DNA from: Octopus vulgaris
Taxonomy: Eukaryota
NCBI GenBank assembly: GCA_951406725.2
Contig: OX597817.1
Location: 74,524,001 to 74,588,000 of the forward strand
DNA: 64,000 nucleotides
Reading direction: 5' to 3'
A program made the position numbers and the translations under genes. Below the pieces are notes generated by a model. It worked only from the letters and a program-made list of their open reading frames with translations. It was not told the origin of the DNA and did no database searches. Of the stretch, positions 43,201 to 57,517 are shown in pieces. How positions within the stretch are numbered: position 1 is the first letter of the stretch; the number at the start of each line of letters is the position of its first letter.

Positions 43201-45843
43201 ATAAGGGATTGGGGGACCCTGTCAAAGGCTTTCTCCATGTCAATGAAAGCCAGGTACAGGGGCTTATCTTTGGCTAGGTATTTCTCCTGCAGCTGTCTTA
43301 CCAGAAATATAGCATCAATGGTACTTTTCCCTGGCACGAGACCAAACTGCATCTCATCCAAACTGACTCTCTCCCTAATTAGTTGGGCTGTGACCATCTC
43401 CGTGACCTTCATTACTTGATCCAACAGCTTGATATACTCTACCCTTAGAGTGACCAGTTGGATTTACCATTGCGAAAAGCCAAGAATCGATTATTATTGA
43501 CAAACTGACCAGCTGCAAAGATATCAGCAGATTTTTTTCTTCTTTCTCTCCATCTTCTTCCTTTCCGTCTCTCTTTTTCTCTAACACCCCTTTCAGATAC
43601 AAAAACACACACACATGCTCTCTCTCACTTTCTCCCCATTCCTCACCCTCTTGTACTATCTTATATCTCTCCCCACCCTTACACACTCAATAATACTATA
43701 AAAAGAGTCAAAATTCCTGCAAAAGTTTGTTCAATTTGAAGACTCCACTAGAGTGGACGAAAGCGCTAATATATGATATATGATTTATAAGAACATGTAA
43801 TAAGAACATGATTTATAAAAACATACTAATAAATATCTGTAAATATAAAACCATTCAGATTTCTGAGTACCTCATTTTTTCTAATATATAATACCTGGGC
43901 TATAGACAATATAAAATCTAACTCCAGAACTGTCTACAAGTTTGCCAAAGAAACAGCTTCGGTGCACTGCAGGATAGGGCCACTCCTCGAAAAAGATGGT
44001 ACATTCACAGGAAATCTAATGAAGATAAGTGAAATACTAAATGAGCAATTCAAAAGTATTTTCACTCCACCCCTAGGGCACTTTCAAGTCAGCAATCTAA
44101 CTGACTTCTTAACCACTGCAGATATAAAAACAGAGGCAAAGATGATTGATTACATCAATATAAAGGAAGACAATGTAATAAGGGCTATAGATGAAATGAA
44201 CCCAAACTCAGTTACTGGCCCTGATGTATTCCCAGCAAACCTTCTAAAAGTATGTAAATGAGTCCTAGCAAGACCACTGCAGTCCCTCTTTCAGAGCTTC
44301 CTTGCAACTGACAAACTTCCAAGAAAACTAAAGGAGGGTAAAATATGCCCTATTCATAAAGGAGGTAGCAGAGCAGAGGCCAAGAACTACAGATCTATCT
44401 CTGACCTCACACATCAGCAAGATCATGGAACAAATAGTCAGAAGAAAGCTAATCACCTTCCTTGAAGAAAATGACTTGCTACCTGACACCCAACATGGTT
44501 TCCGACCAGGAAGAAGCTGCCTAACTCAGCTCTTACAACACTATGACTGGGTGCTGAAACAGCTGCTTGACCACTCAAATGTGGAAGTAATATATCTCGA
44601 CTTTGCAAAAGTCTTTGATAAAGTCGATCATGGAATAATATGTCACAATCTGTGTGATCTTGGCATAGTTGGAAAACTGGGAGAATGGCTTCATGACTTT
44701 CTGAAGGATAGAAGTCAGGTGGTAGTAGCCAATGGGGCCACCTCCAATGACATGCAAATAGTGAGCGGTGTTCCGCAAGGCACTGTTTTGGGACCACTAC
44801 TGTTCATAATGGCCCTCTCAGACATGCCCTCAGCCACACAGAGAGCCACGATCACAATTTATGCAGATGATACAAAAGTTTCACAGGTAATACAGAACCC
44901 TGAAGGCACTATGCACCTGCAATGTGAGCTGGATGAAATATACAAGTGGGCTGAAAAGAATAGCATGCAATTTAATGCTGAAAAGTTTCAAGCTTTGTGC
45001 TATCAGCATGCAAAACTAAATGCAATACCCAATAAATACACTGGACCTGGAGGGATTGCAATCCCAGTGGCACAATTAGTGTGAGACCTGGGCATTTACA
45101 TTACTATGATGCAACCTTTCATGTGCATGTTGCTAAATTGGCAATGAAATGTAGGCAACTGACTGGATGGATTCTTAGAACTTTTAGAACAAGAGACCAG
45201 GAAACCATGATGGTCCTCTGGAGGACACTTGTCCTAAGCCATATTGACTATTGCTCTCAGCTATGGTCACCAACCAGTATCAATTTAATCTCAGAACTTG
45301 AGGCAATCCAACGAAGCTACACGAAGAAGATAGCCTCTATTCAGCATATAAGCTTTTGGGAAAGACTCTATTCCTTAGAGTGTAGGCAAGAAAGATTTGC
45401 CATAATATACAACTGGAAGATCCTGGAAGAACTTGTCCTAAACTTTGGCATCAAGAGTTACACAAATGCTAGTAGTGGGCACCACTGCATAGTGCCAAGG
45501 ACTCCAAATTTGCCATTAAGATGTAGGACAATATACTGCAATAGTCTAGGCTTCAGAGGTCCACAGCTCTTCAATATCCTTCCGAAGGACCTGAGAAACC
45601 TGCATGTGGTGGATGTAGGTGTCTTCAAAATAAAACTGGACCTTTTCCTGTCAGGTGTTCCAGATGAACCAACTTCGCGGCAGGAGGTGCAGATGAGGGC
45701 AGCTGCATCAAACTCTCTCATGCACCAAATGTCAATTGCTAAAAAGCATTCGTGAAGTAAAATTATGTAGCAACACCAAATGGTGGTGCCCCAACATGGC
45801 TGCAGCTCGTGAGCTGAAACTGAATGAAAAAAAAAACAAAAAT

Positions 45844-45900
<57 letters not shown>

Positions 45901-45952
45901 TTTCTTACATACCCGGGCAACGCCGGGCTATGCTGCTAGTATATACATATAT

Positions 45953-46004
<52 letters not shown>

Positions 46005-46006
46005 GT

Positions 46007-46037
<31 letters not shown>

Positions 46038-46095
46038 ATATATGTATATACTAGCAGCATATGTGTCCGGCTATGCTGCTAGTATATACATATAT

Positions 46096-46126
<31 letters not shown>

Positions 46127-46130
46127 CATA

Positions 46131-46219
<89 letters not shown>

Positions 46220-46260
46220 CATATATATACATGTATATATATATATATATATACATATAT

Positions 46261-46303
<43 letters not shown>

Positions 46304-46338
46304 TATACATGTATATATATATATATATATACATATAT

Positions 46339-46384
<46 letters not shown>

Positions 46385-46406
46385 ATATACATGTATATAT
46401 ATGTAT

Positions 46407-46444
<38 letters not shown>

Positions 46445-47780
46445 ATATATGTAAATACTAGCAGCATAGCCCGGGTATGTAAGAAACTTTGTCGATAAGC
46501 AATGCCCTTTACCTTTTTACCCTTTTTTGTACTCATTGAACCGTTATTTTGTAAAATGAAGCCTAAAAGGCATTCAAGGCACCGTTCCCTTGCATGCATG
46601 AAGAAAATCTATGACAGTCAAAGTGCATTTTCTGGTTTTGTTTAGCACACCCAACTCAGTTCTGCGGGATCAGTGTCGCAACGGGAACGCATGGGTTGGG
46701 AGTTTGACCGGCAGAGGTAATAAGGTTGCACATGCCGGCCCTTTTGACACCCCCCCCCCAAACCCATGTTGGGTTCGGACCACAGCTAAGCCCTACCTAA
46801 TCCTAACTTAAGTCTAGCGAAAGGGGGCTCAGGAGCCTCTAGTAAGCAACGACTAATCCCGATCTAGTCCTTTCCCTCTAGAGAACGAAGGCGCATGTGT
46901 GCCTGAAATCCGCCAACTATTTAACAAAAGTCAGTTTTGTAGGGTTCGCATGGTCGGTCTCAAAGTGATATGGTTTTGTCGATTTCTCCCAATACTTGTT
47001 AACTGCATTGACAAAAGGGCGTTAGTTTGACATTTAATGCAAACTTGATGTCCAACATCGGTGTAGGGAAAATCTATGTGAACTTTCAAAAAATATTGCA
47101 GAAAAATCGGTTTGCTATGTGTGCCACATATGATGTAATTAACCAATTTTTTCCAGTAATAACGTATCCTATTGGAATCAAAAGGGCCATATAGCTCCTT
47201 GGTGTAGACATGATGCTCGCTGTGAATTTCCAAAAAAAATTCCTGCCAATTTGTTAAAGATATTATCGAAAATATGTCCTCTTGAATTTGAACGCGATTT
47301 CCCAAAATGGCATGATTTTATCGATTTTTTCTGATGGTTAGGTATTGCATGGAAAACTAACGTCAGAATTAAGTTCTTTAGGGTAACATTAAGCTTCACC
47401 ATGAGTTTGGTGAAAATCGATTGCAAATTGCGAAAACTACAACGAAAATGTGTTGCATATGATAAGCTTAGATTCTCGACCCCATGTCGAATTTATCGAT
47501 TTTTTTCAGAACTAGGGGAACTTTTCAAAATTTTCGATGCGTTAGTTTTGAATTATGACATTGGGCTATGTGTGTGTCAAGTTTCATCAGAATCGGTTGA
47601 AAGCCGTGGTCAGGGTGAGGGTACAACCTGACAGACACACAGACAGACAAACTGCCTTTTATATATATAGAGATAGAGATATGTATATGTATATAACCCG
47701 TGCTAGCACGGAAAACGGACGTTAAACGATGATGATGATGATGATGTATACATATATATATATATACATGTATATATATG

Positions 47781-47830
<50 letters not shown>

Positions 47831-48393
47831 AGCGCCGCCTCCACTGGCTTCTGTGCAGGTGGCACATAAAATACACCAATCCAACCGTACGACAGGCACC
47901 CATGCCAACCCCCCTTTGCTTGCGAAGACATGTTGGGGCAAGCGAAATCGAAATCGAATTGAACCAGCCAGGATCCCTGGTCTGATGGTACATAAAAAGC
48001 ACTATCCGACTCGTGGCCGATGCCAGCGGTGCCTCGACTGGCTTCCATGCCGGTGGCACATAAAATACACCAATCCGACCGTGGCTGTTGCCAGCCTCGC
48101 CTGGCACCTGTGCAGGTGGCACGTAAAAAGCACCCACTACACTCACGGAGTGGTTGGCGTTAGGAAGGGCATCCAGCTGTAGAAACATTGCCAGATAAGA
48201 CTGGAGCCTGGTGCAGCCTTCTGGCTTCCCAGATCCCCGGTCGAACCGTCCAACCCATGCTAGCATGGAGAACGGACGTTAAACGATGATGATGATGATG
48301 ATGATATATATATATATACACATATGTATATATATATATATATATATACACATATGTATATATATATATACACATATGTATATATATATGCAC

Positions 48394-48431
<38 letters not shown>

Positions 48432-51400
48432 GTATATATATATACACATATGTATATATATATACACATATGTATATATATATATACACATATGTATATA
48501 TGTATTTATATATATACATATGTTTATATGTATATATATATGTACATCTCTGTATGCATGTGCATCATCATCGTTTAACGTCCACTTTCCATGCTAGCAT
48601 GTGTTGGACGATTTGACTGAGGACTGGCAAACCAGATGGCTGCACCAGGCTCCAGTCTGATCAGGCAGAGTTTCTACAGCTGGATGCCCTTCCTAATGCC
48701 AACCACTCTGAGAGTGTAGTGGGTGCTTTTATATGCCACCAGCACGAGGACCAGTCAGGTGGTACTGGCAACAGCAACGCTCAAATGGTGTTTTTTATGT
48801 GCCACCTACAAAGGAGCCAGTCCAGCGGCACTAGTAACGACCTCGTTCAAATGTTTTTTTTTTTTCACATGCCAGTAAGGTGACGCTGATAACGATCACG
48901 CTCGAACGGTGTATTTTATGTGCCAACGGCACGGAAGCCAGTTACCTTCTCTGGCAGCAATCACACTCGGATGACGCTCTTAGCGCTCCCCTAGCACAGA
49001 TGCTAGTCATAGAATTTGATTTCGATTTCACTTGCCTCAACAGGTCTTTGCAAGCAGAGTTTAGTGTCCAATGAAGGAAAGGTATGCATAAGTGGGCTGG
49101 TTACACCCCTGGCATAGGCCACAAGGTTATGGCCTCACTTGGCTTGCCGGGTCTTCTCAAGCACAGCATATTTTCAAAGGTTTTAGTCACTAGTCATTGC
49201 CTCGGTGAGGCCTAATGTTCGAAGGTCATGCTTCACCACCTCATCCCAGGTCTTACTGGGTCTACCTCTTCCACAGGTTCCCTCAACCTCTAGGATGTGG
49301 CACTTCTTCACACAGCTATCCTCATCTATTCTTGCCACATAACCATACCAGCGCAGTCGTCTCTCTTGCACACCTCATGTGATGCTTCTGAGGTCCAACT
49401 TGTCTCTCAAGGTACTTACACTGTTGAGTATACACACTGACATTACAATTCCGTCGGGGCATACTGGCTTCATTCCTTGCAAACTTACGCATGTCCTCAG
49501 CAGTTACAGCCCATGTTTCACTGCCATGTAGCATGGCTGTTTGTACACATGCGTCATACAGTCTACCTTTTACTCTGAGCTAGAGGCCCTTTGTCACCAG
49601 CAGAGGTAGGAGCTCTCTGAACTTTGCCCTATATATGTATATATATATGTGTGTATATATAATAATAATATATATATGTGTATATATATATATAATATAT
49701 ATGTATATATAATAATATAAATATATGCATATATACATACATATATGTACATACCTACATATATATGTATATATACATGTATATATGGGTACAGGACATC
49801 AAAAAAACATTGAATACAGTGAGAAACAAAATCATAAAAACTAAAACATAGAAACAAACGTTGGGAAATAAACTTCTTACCACACTCCCATGTCTGTGAG
49901 ATGTAAATAATACTTAGATATAAATACAAGTATTGTTATAAACAAGTATAATAATAATATTTTTTATTATAAATGATCTTAACATTCTTTTTACTTTACA
50001 TAAAATATTCTTTACATCTTATTTTTGTTTTATTGCCATTTATTTATGAAATAGCACTATGACCCGGCATTGCCAGGTCATACTGCTAGTGCATGCATAT
50101 ACAGCTGCGTGCGTGTGCACACACACGCGAGTACTGTCCAAATCTTCGACCAATCACATACAGCTAGCTGGCATTCAATTGGCGTATCAAATTTCGGGCA
50201 TTTTGATTGGGGTTTCGATAGAAAATTCACAAAAACGTCACTTCTATTGATTTTTTAATGGCTTTGCGGGGTGACTGGGGAAATGTAAAGAAGTGCACGA
50301 CCACCGTTGGACGGTTTTGAATGACCATAGAAAGTGCGAGCCCTCTAACTGAAAAATTGTGGATTTGTATAAAGGACACGCACACAAACATTATATATAG
50401 AGAGATATAAATTTTATAGGTAAAATATTTTTCTGAGACTGAATTACAATTTATAACATTGCTACCATGGGGAATTATTACTCTGCTTTACAAGCGGTCT
50501 CCAGGAACAAATTAATTTGTATATTGAGGCATTAATGTATATATGTATATAAAGTATATATTTATGTCATTCTATTAATTTTGTAAAAATCTTATTTATT
50601 TTCTAAATTTTGTTATTATTTTTCTGTTTCTTTCTTTTCAGTTCAACGGGACCCTCGGAAACGGCGTGTAAAACCTGTTCAAAAGCACCTTATACAGATA
50701 GATTTTGGAGGATTAGATGATAGTGAAGACGATAGTGACTTTGAAGTTGAAAAACATGTGAAAGGTATATCATCATCATCATTTAGCATCTACTTTCCAT
50801 TCTGGCATGGGTTGGACGGTTTGGCTGAAAACTGGTAGGTTGAGGAGCTGCACCAGGTTCCAATCTGATTTTGCATGGTCCCTACAGCTGGATACCCTTC
50901 CTAATGCCAACCACTCTAAGAGTGTAATGGGTGCTTTTTGTGCTGCCAGCACAGGTGTCAGTTACGCAACACTGGCATCAGCCATGACTATGCTCACAGC
51001 AGGGTATATCACCAAAGGTCTGTCACTTGTCACTGCTTGTGTGAGGCCCAATGTTCAAAACAGTGATTTTTATGTGCCACAGCATGGCTGCCAGTTACAC
51101 GACACTGGCATCAGCCACGACTACAACTTCACTTGGCTTGACGGGTTTTCTCAAGCACAGCATATCACCCAATATTTGAAGGGTGCTTTTTATGCACCAG
51201 CTGCATGACACTGGTATCGGCCACATATTTTTTTTTGTCATTATTTGTCCTAAACAAAATGGGATCTGGTGCAGTGGTAAGCATAAGTGCTTACTGGTAT
51301 TTGGTTATATCCCTTTAGACTTGGTATTAAAAAATATTGATAAATGACCTTTGGAAGAAATGGAAAGACTACAAGACTAGAGTTGACTTGATTGTCCACA

Positions 51401-54400
51401 CTATTTTGGCTAATAAATATAGTGACTGATGATACTGACCACCATCCTTGTACTCAGATATTGATAATTAATAATCTTTTATATGTGTGACTCATTAAAT
51501 AAATGTTCATTACTAATAATTATTGATAAATAATTCATATAGCCATAATAATGGTTTCAAATTTTGACACAGGCCCAGTATAACTATAATAATAATTCCT
51601 GTTGTTATATGGTACCATTGACAGAAAGTGATATAAAGTACCTATATAAATACACACGTGTGTATGATGTATACATGGGCTTAGTGCTGCAGGTGGTGGG
51701 AATTTATTTCCATGCTAGCAATATAAACACCAAAAGCCAATATAAGAGTTTTTCTCATGGTAACAACTGCAGTATAGCTTTTTCTAATAGAACATCCATA
51801 TTTAAGTGGAAATAAATATTATGTCTTGAGATATATATATATATATATATATATCTTTATTGTCCACGGGGTGCTAAACATATAGGGAACAAACAAGGAC
51901 AGACAAAGAGTTTAAGTCGATTACATTGACACCATTGCGTTGCTGGTACTTATTTAATCGACCCCAAAAGGATGAAAGGCAAAGTCGACCTTGGTGGAGT
52001 TTGAACTCAGAACGTAACGGTAGATGAAATACCTATTTCTTTACTACCCACAAGGGGCTAATCACAGAGAGGACAAACAAGGACAGACAAACGGATAAAG
52101 TCGATTATTCGACCCCAGTGCGTAACTGGTACTTAATTTATCGACCCCGAAAGGATGAAAGGCAAAGTCGACCTCGGTGGAATTTGAACTCAGAATGTAT
52201 CGGCAGACGAAATACCACTAAGCATTATGCCTGGCAGGCTAACATTTCTATGTGTGTGTGTATATATGCAACAGCACTTTTTGAGTTCCTGTCTACCAGA
52301 TCGAATCACAAGGCTTTGGTTGACCTGGGGCTATAGTAGTAATTTAATAGTTAATTATGCTGTATAACTAATTGTTAAATTAAAAGAAAAATTTGAAGCT
52401 GTACAGTCTCTGTATTCTTTGTAATTGTTTGAAATTTACACTCCTCAAAATATTCATAATCCAGGGAAGCGAACCTGAACTTATCCACCAGAAGAATTAC
52501 AGTGTGATTGCTCACACTAAGCAATCATTAACGTTTATTACTACTTGATGTGGTTAATTGGAACCTGGAATATACCTGAGATCTATGACGGTACTCACCT
52601 GGATAATTTATCCCCACATGCTCATCACATATAAATATATATACATATATATATAATTGTCAGTTTAGTAAATGAATAAATAAGTTAACATAATATAATG
52701 TCTAAAAGTTGATGAACCACCTATTGATCTCCCTATTTTCTTATTGCTATATTTATATATATATATATATATATATATAATGTAATATATATATATATAT
52801 AATGTTTTTATATATGATTATTAATTATTTCTAGGATCTGACTCTGGAAGTGACATATCTATTAAGGAAGAAGATGATGCAAGTGATTCTGATAGGAGTG
52901 TTCCAGGTTCTGAACTCAAGTACCCTGATGCAGCCCATGAGCCAAGCGACGACGATGATGATGATGATGAGGATGATGAGGAGGAAGATGAAACGACAAC
53001 ACTCAGTTCATTGATGGGGCCTTTGTTAGGTGACAAAGACAAATCAACTGATGTTAATGTCTTTACGGAAAAGTCTTTCGACAAATGTCCAGAGACTCAG
53101 CTGGTAAATGTAAATAACTTATATTTCTTTTTATCTTGTCCTTTCTACTCCCATCCCTGTTGCTGAAGGTCAGGGGCCATGGATGCTTGCAATATTTCTC
53201 TTTCCATTGATCCTTGATTCTGGTCATGGTTGTATTTTCAGCCAGAGGCCTTCTGGTCCATATTATGATGTTGTAGAATCAGTGTCTTCTTAGTCTATCC
53301 CTTTCTCATTTCCTATTGAATCTTCTCTTGAATATAAGTACTGAGATTCTAGGCACTGATGACATGCCCCAAATATTGCAGCTCTCTCTGCCTAATAGTT
53401 ACCAATAATCCTGTTTCTATTTCTTCAAGAACTGACATTATTAAACCTCTTCACTACACTTGCTGAAGCAGTGATGAGAGAATCCACTAAGTAAATGAAC
53501 TGTGATGTACACTTGCCTATTACAGAAAATGTGTGCATTTATAAAGTAGACTTTTGTGTTTCTGAGCAGGAAATTGTGTACCGCATTACAGTTCATGTAA
53601 CACTAACACTTTTTGAAGAAGTTACTTAATAGATTTGTGTGCTGTCCTGGTGAGATACATCTTTCACTCACTTAATCTGAAAGAAAAGAAAATTAAGCAC
53701 TAGTCACATTCACTATTTCTTTTATATTTATCTTGTTATATCCATCTATCTATATAAAGCTAACATAATTATCTCCCCCTATAGAAAGATTACAATATCT
53801 CTGAAAGGTTACATACGTCTGAAGTTAACAAACCAAACATGCTGTGTCAGATTCTTTCTATTTATTTTGAAACTATAGTGTCTTGATATAAATTAGACCA
53901 AAGTATGGTCCCAAGTCATAATTTAAACTCTCTGTTTATCTGAGCATAATTAGAAATTTAGTTCATGTATTTAATTTTGATGCTGAAGAAGATATTATTA
54001 TAGTTATTATTTGAATGACTTGTTTGTTTTTTTTTTAGTGTAAATTTATGAAGTACATTAATAAATGTACGACCTTGTTACTGATGTTTTATTCTTATGT
54101 ATCAAGAAAGTTTCTTGCTATGATCTCAGATCAAGCCTCTTTCAAAATCAATGTAAAAGGTCCTTAATATCTATATGTTAATATGCTAAGGCTTACTATG
54201 TGATGCTGTCACATGATTAGTTGAAGGAAGAGGGGTAAAACAGAAACAGAGAAGAGTGTTAGTGATAAGAGCTAGGAGAAAGTGATTTCTGTTGTGTTAT
54301 GTGGTTAAATAGTCAGGTGAAAGAAGGGTTGGAATAAAGAGTTCAATAAAACATTTTTATCATAGGAGGATGTGATATAGTGGAAAGGAGAGGCAAAAGG

Positions 54401-57400
54401 AGTGACAGAGTGTACTTACTGAAGGGAATATGGAATTGGAAAACGTTTGTCTTAGGAATTTTTGAAGTATATAAAATATTCATTGAAAACTCTCTACATG
54501 AATGTATGAATGTGTATATTTATGTGTGTCTGTATGTATATATGTAGATATATATGTAAGCATATATTTCATGGTTTTCTTATAAATTTCTAACCATTTA
54601 CAGCTTTCAGAATAACTCAGAATTTCCACAAATACTGCTAATGTGAATTTATTAACCTAAAGATATTAAAAGGAAAATTTTCTTACCCGTTTTATTATTT
54701 TTGCTTGGTTTTTTAATATTCTAATATTTTATCAATCTGTTTCTGACTTGTAGCCTCTCCAAGGAAATGTCATTACTTCAGCTACACCAATTCCAACCAA
54801 GGCTGGTCAAATCAAGATTCTCATCTGTTGTGTATGTTTAGGTGATATCAGGTAAATGGAATCTTACATATTTTTACCTTCCATATGTGTGTGTGTTTGT
54901 GTGTGAGAGTGTGCTTGTGTTATCAAATATCTTTAGTGTGTTCTTAGGTAACTTAGATGGCTCCATTCCTTGCAGTCTACTTAAATTTAAAATTTACATG
55001 CAATAATTTATAGATATAAATATACAATCATTCTGAAATCCCAAAACATTCTGGACCCACATATTTTGGACAAATAATGTTCTGCTTTTCTTTACATATC
55101 ACTACTATTTTCAGTTGTGAGCTGAACATGCTTTCATTCTTGTGACATCAGTTTATAGCTGGAAAATAACTCTGTGTGATATTTGTAATGAATATGAAAA
55201 TGTGTGTTTTTTTAAACACATAAGTCTCTTCAAGAAGTTTCTCTGACACAAAATATTTCAGCTAGTTGCCATTCAATATTTGTCCATACATTATAAATGT
55301 TATACACATCATTTTAAAAAAAATATCTTTGATAGTTCATTACTGATGATGACATAGAAAAATACCCCCCTCCCCTGCCAATCTCCTTTCAGCTGACAGA
55401 CTAATGCCCCACAGCAACTTAACTGAACATTTTTATACATCTATTTTGATAGTTCAAATATGAAATGATGAATACCAATGATAAAGGCAGTATTTTGATT
55501 TTTATACTTGTAAGTTAAGTAGTAATAATTCATCATAAGGTACAAACAAAACAACAAAGTTAAAATTTCAGTTGAAAAACATAACATGGAAGAGTACTGT
55601 GCTTTCCTTCAGAATTTTCTAACTAAACGATGTACACAATTAGAAAAGCAATATTTTTTTTTTTTTTTTGTTATCTCTTTTGATACCAACCCATTGGAGA
55701 CCTTTTCTGGTTCTATGATACAAACTCCCTGTTTTAAAATGATCTTAATTAAAACCTCCCATCAAAATTTCATGCTATTTTACATTCAAAACACCAGCGA
55801 AGAAATGACACAGTTCTAGAACAATCCAGAGAAATATCATTATCACTTGCTTATAAATGTAACCCTTTTGATTTGAAACCAGTTTGGTAAGCGTCAATGC
55901 ACATAACTCTCAGCCCTTAAGTTGCTCTGTAACTTCTACCAATTATTAATAGCAACAAAATATATATATACTCCTGTATTGAGTTCTGTTTTCATGTTTG
56001 CCTCACTAAAGATATTTTAATAAATCCTTTATTATTTTCAAAAGTAATCAAAACAAAGACTGTGTTTCAATAGAAATATGGTAACAAAAGAGTTAAGAAA
56101 ATAAAATAATTGTGGAAGTACGATCATTTACTGAGAGCCCTGAAGGTATTAAATCATCTTCATTTGTCATGATAGGTGCATGTGTGGCTGTGTGGTAAGA
56201 AGCTTGCTTCCAAATCACATGGCTCCAGAATCAGTCCCACTGTGTGGGACCTTGGACAAGTGTCTTTTGCTATAGCCTTGGGCCAACCAAAGCCTTGTGA
56301 GTAGATTTGCTGTATGGAAACTGAAAGAAGCCCATTGTATATATAAAGGGTTCGGTGAATCTAAATTACACAAAAATGAAAAAACACTGATATCACATTT
56401 TAACATATATTTACCAAAATTACATTAAAATATCTTGAAATACTAAAGAGTAAATTTATTCAATAAAATCGCAATTGGCTTCAGCCAAGGCCTCCAGATG
56501 ACTTTGGAATCTCCTGCAACTCTTCTGGACAGTCTCCTTGTTTAAGTTGGTGTATGCTGCCATAATCTTTGCCTTCACTTCATCTTTGGTGTCACAAGGA
56601 GTTTTGTTGGTCTCTTGCTCAACTGCGTCTCACACATCAAACGGGTTGCAGTCTGGGGAGTTAGGTGGCCAGACTTTACGGGTGATGTGGTCGCAGAAAT
56701 TATCTGGCAGCCATGACTGGGTTCTTCTGCTTGTATGGCATGGTGCAGAGTCCGGTTGCCAGACGTAGGGTCTTCCAGCAGCCACCCTCTTGACCCAGGA
56801 CAGCACTACCTCCTCCAGGCACTTGATATAAGCCTCCATGTTGAGTCTGAGGCTGTGTGGGAAGATGAATGGAGGCATAACGTCGTTATCACTAGTGATC
56901 ACTCTAAACACCATGATGTTGACTGGATGTTTGATTTTTATCACTCTTGGTACATGTTCTCAGATTGACACCCAAACACTCTGAAATGTTCGTATTAGAA
57001 TTTCTGGCACGAATGCCAAGCAGTACAGTATGTCGTTTCCAAATTTCTGGCAGAGTGAATTGTGTCATGATGCTGTTTTTCTCACAGACGGTGCTCAACT
57101 GACCCTACCATGCTGTGTAGTCAACAAAATCAAAAACAAACAATGCACATGCGGGAAATTAAAAATATAAAATGGTGACAATTTATGCATCACACCCTCT
57201 ATATCATCTTCATCACTTGTCTGTCTTCCATGCTGGCATGGGTGGGACGGTTTGGCAGGAGCTGGCAAAGCAGATGCCTGCAGTAGACTTCTGTGACTGT
57301 TTTGACAGGATTTTTACAGCAGGATGCCCTTCCTAACACCAACCACCCAGCACAGTAGACTTAGTGCTTTTTATGTGGCACAAGCACAGGCGAGGTCAGT

Positions 57401-57470
57401 TTTGGCAAGGTTTTTACAGCTGGATGCCCTTCCAAATGCCAACTACTTTACAGTGTGGACTGGATGCACC

Positions 57471-57517
<47 letters not shown>

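Noticed and set aside
45736-46599. Long ORFs rich in YI/IY repeats (also about 32277-32641, 39953-40238, 47525-48597, 49594-49929)
   Set aside because: They are translations of (TA)n/(TG)n microsatellites that lack stop codons; not genes.
52948-52990. (GAT)n tract resembling an RTE tail
   Set aside because: It is in frame within PHF14 exon 3 (poly-Asp/Glu) and lacks the upstream GGACGTTAAAC of RTE ends.
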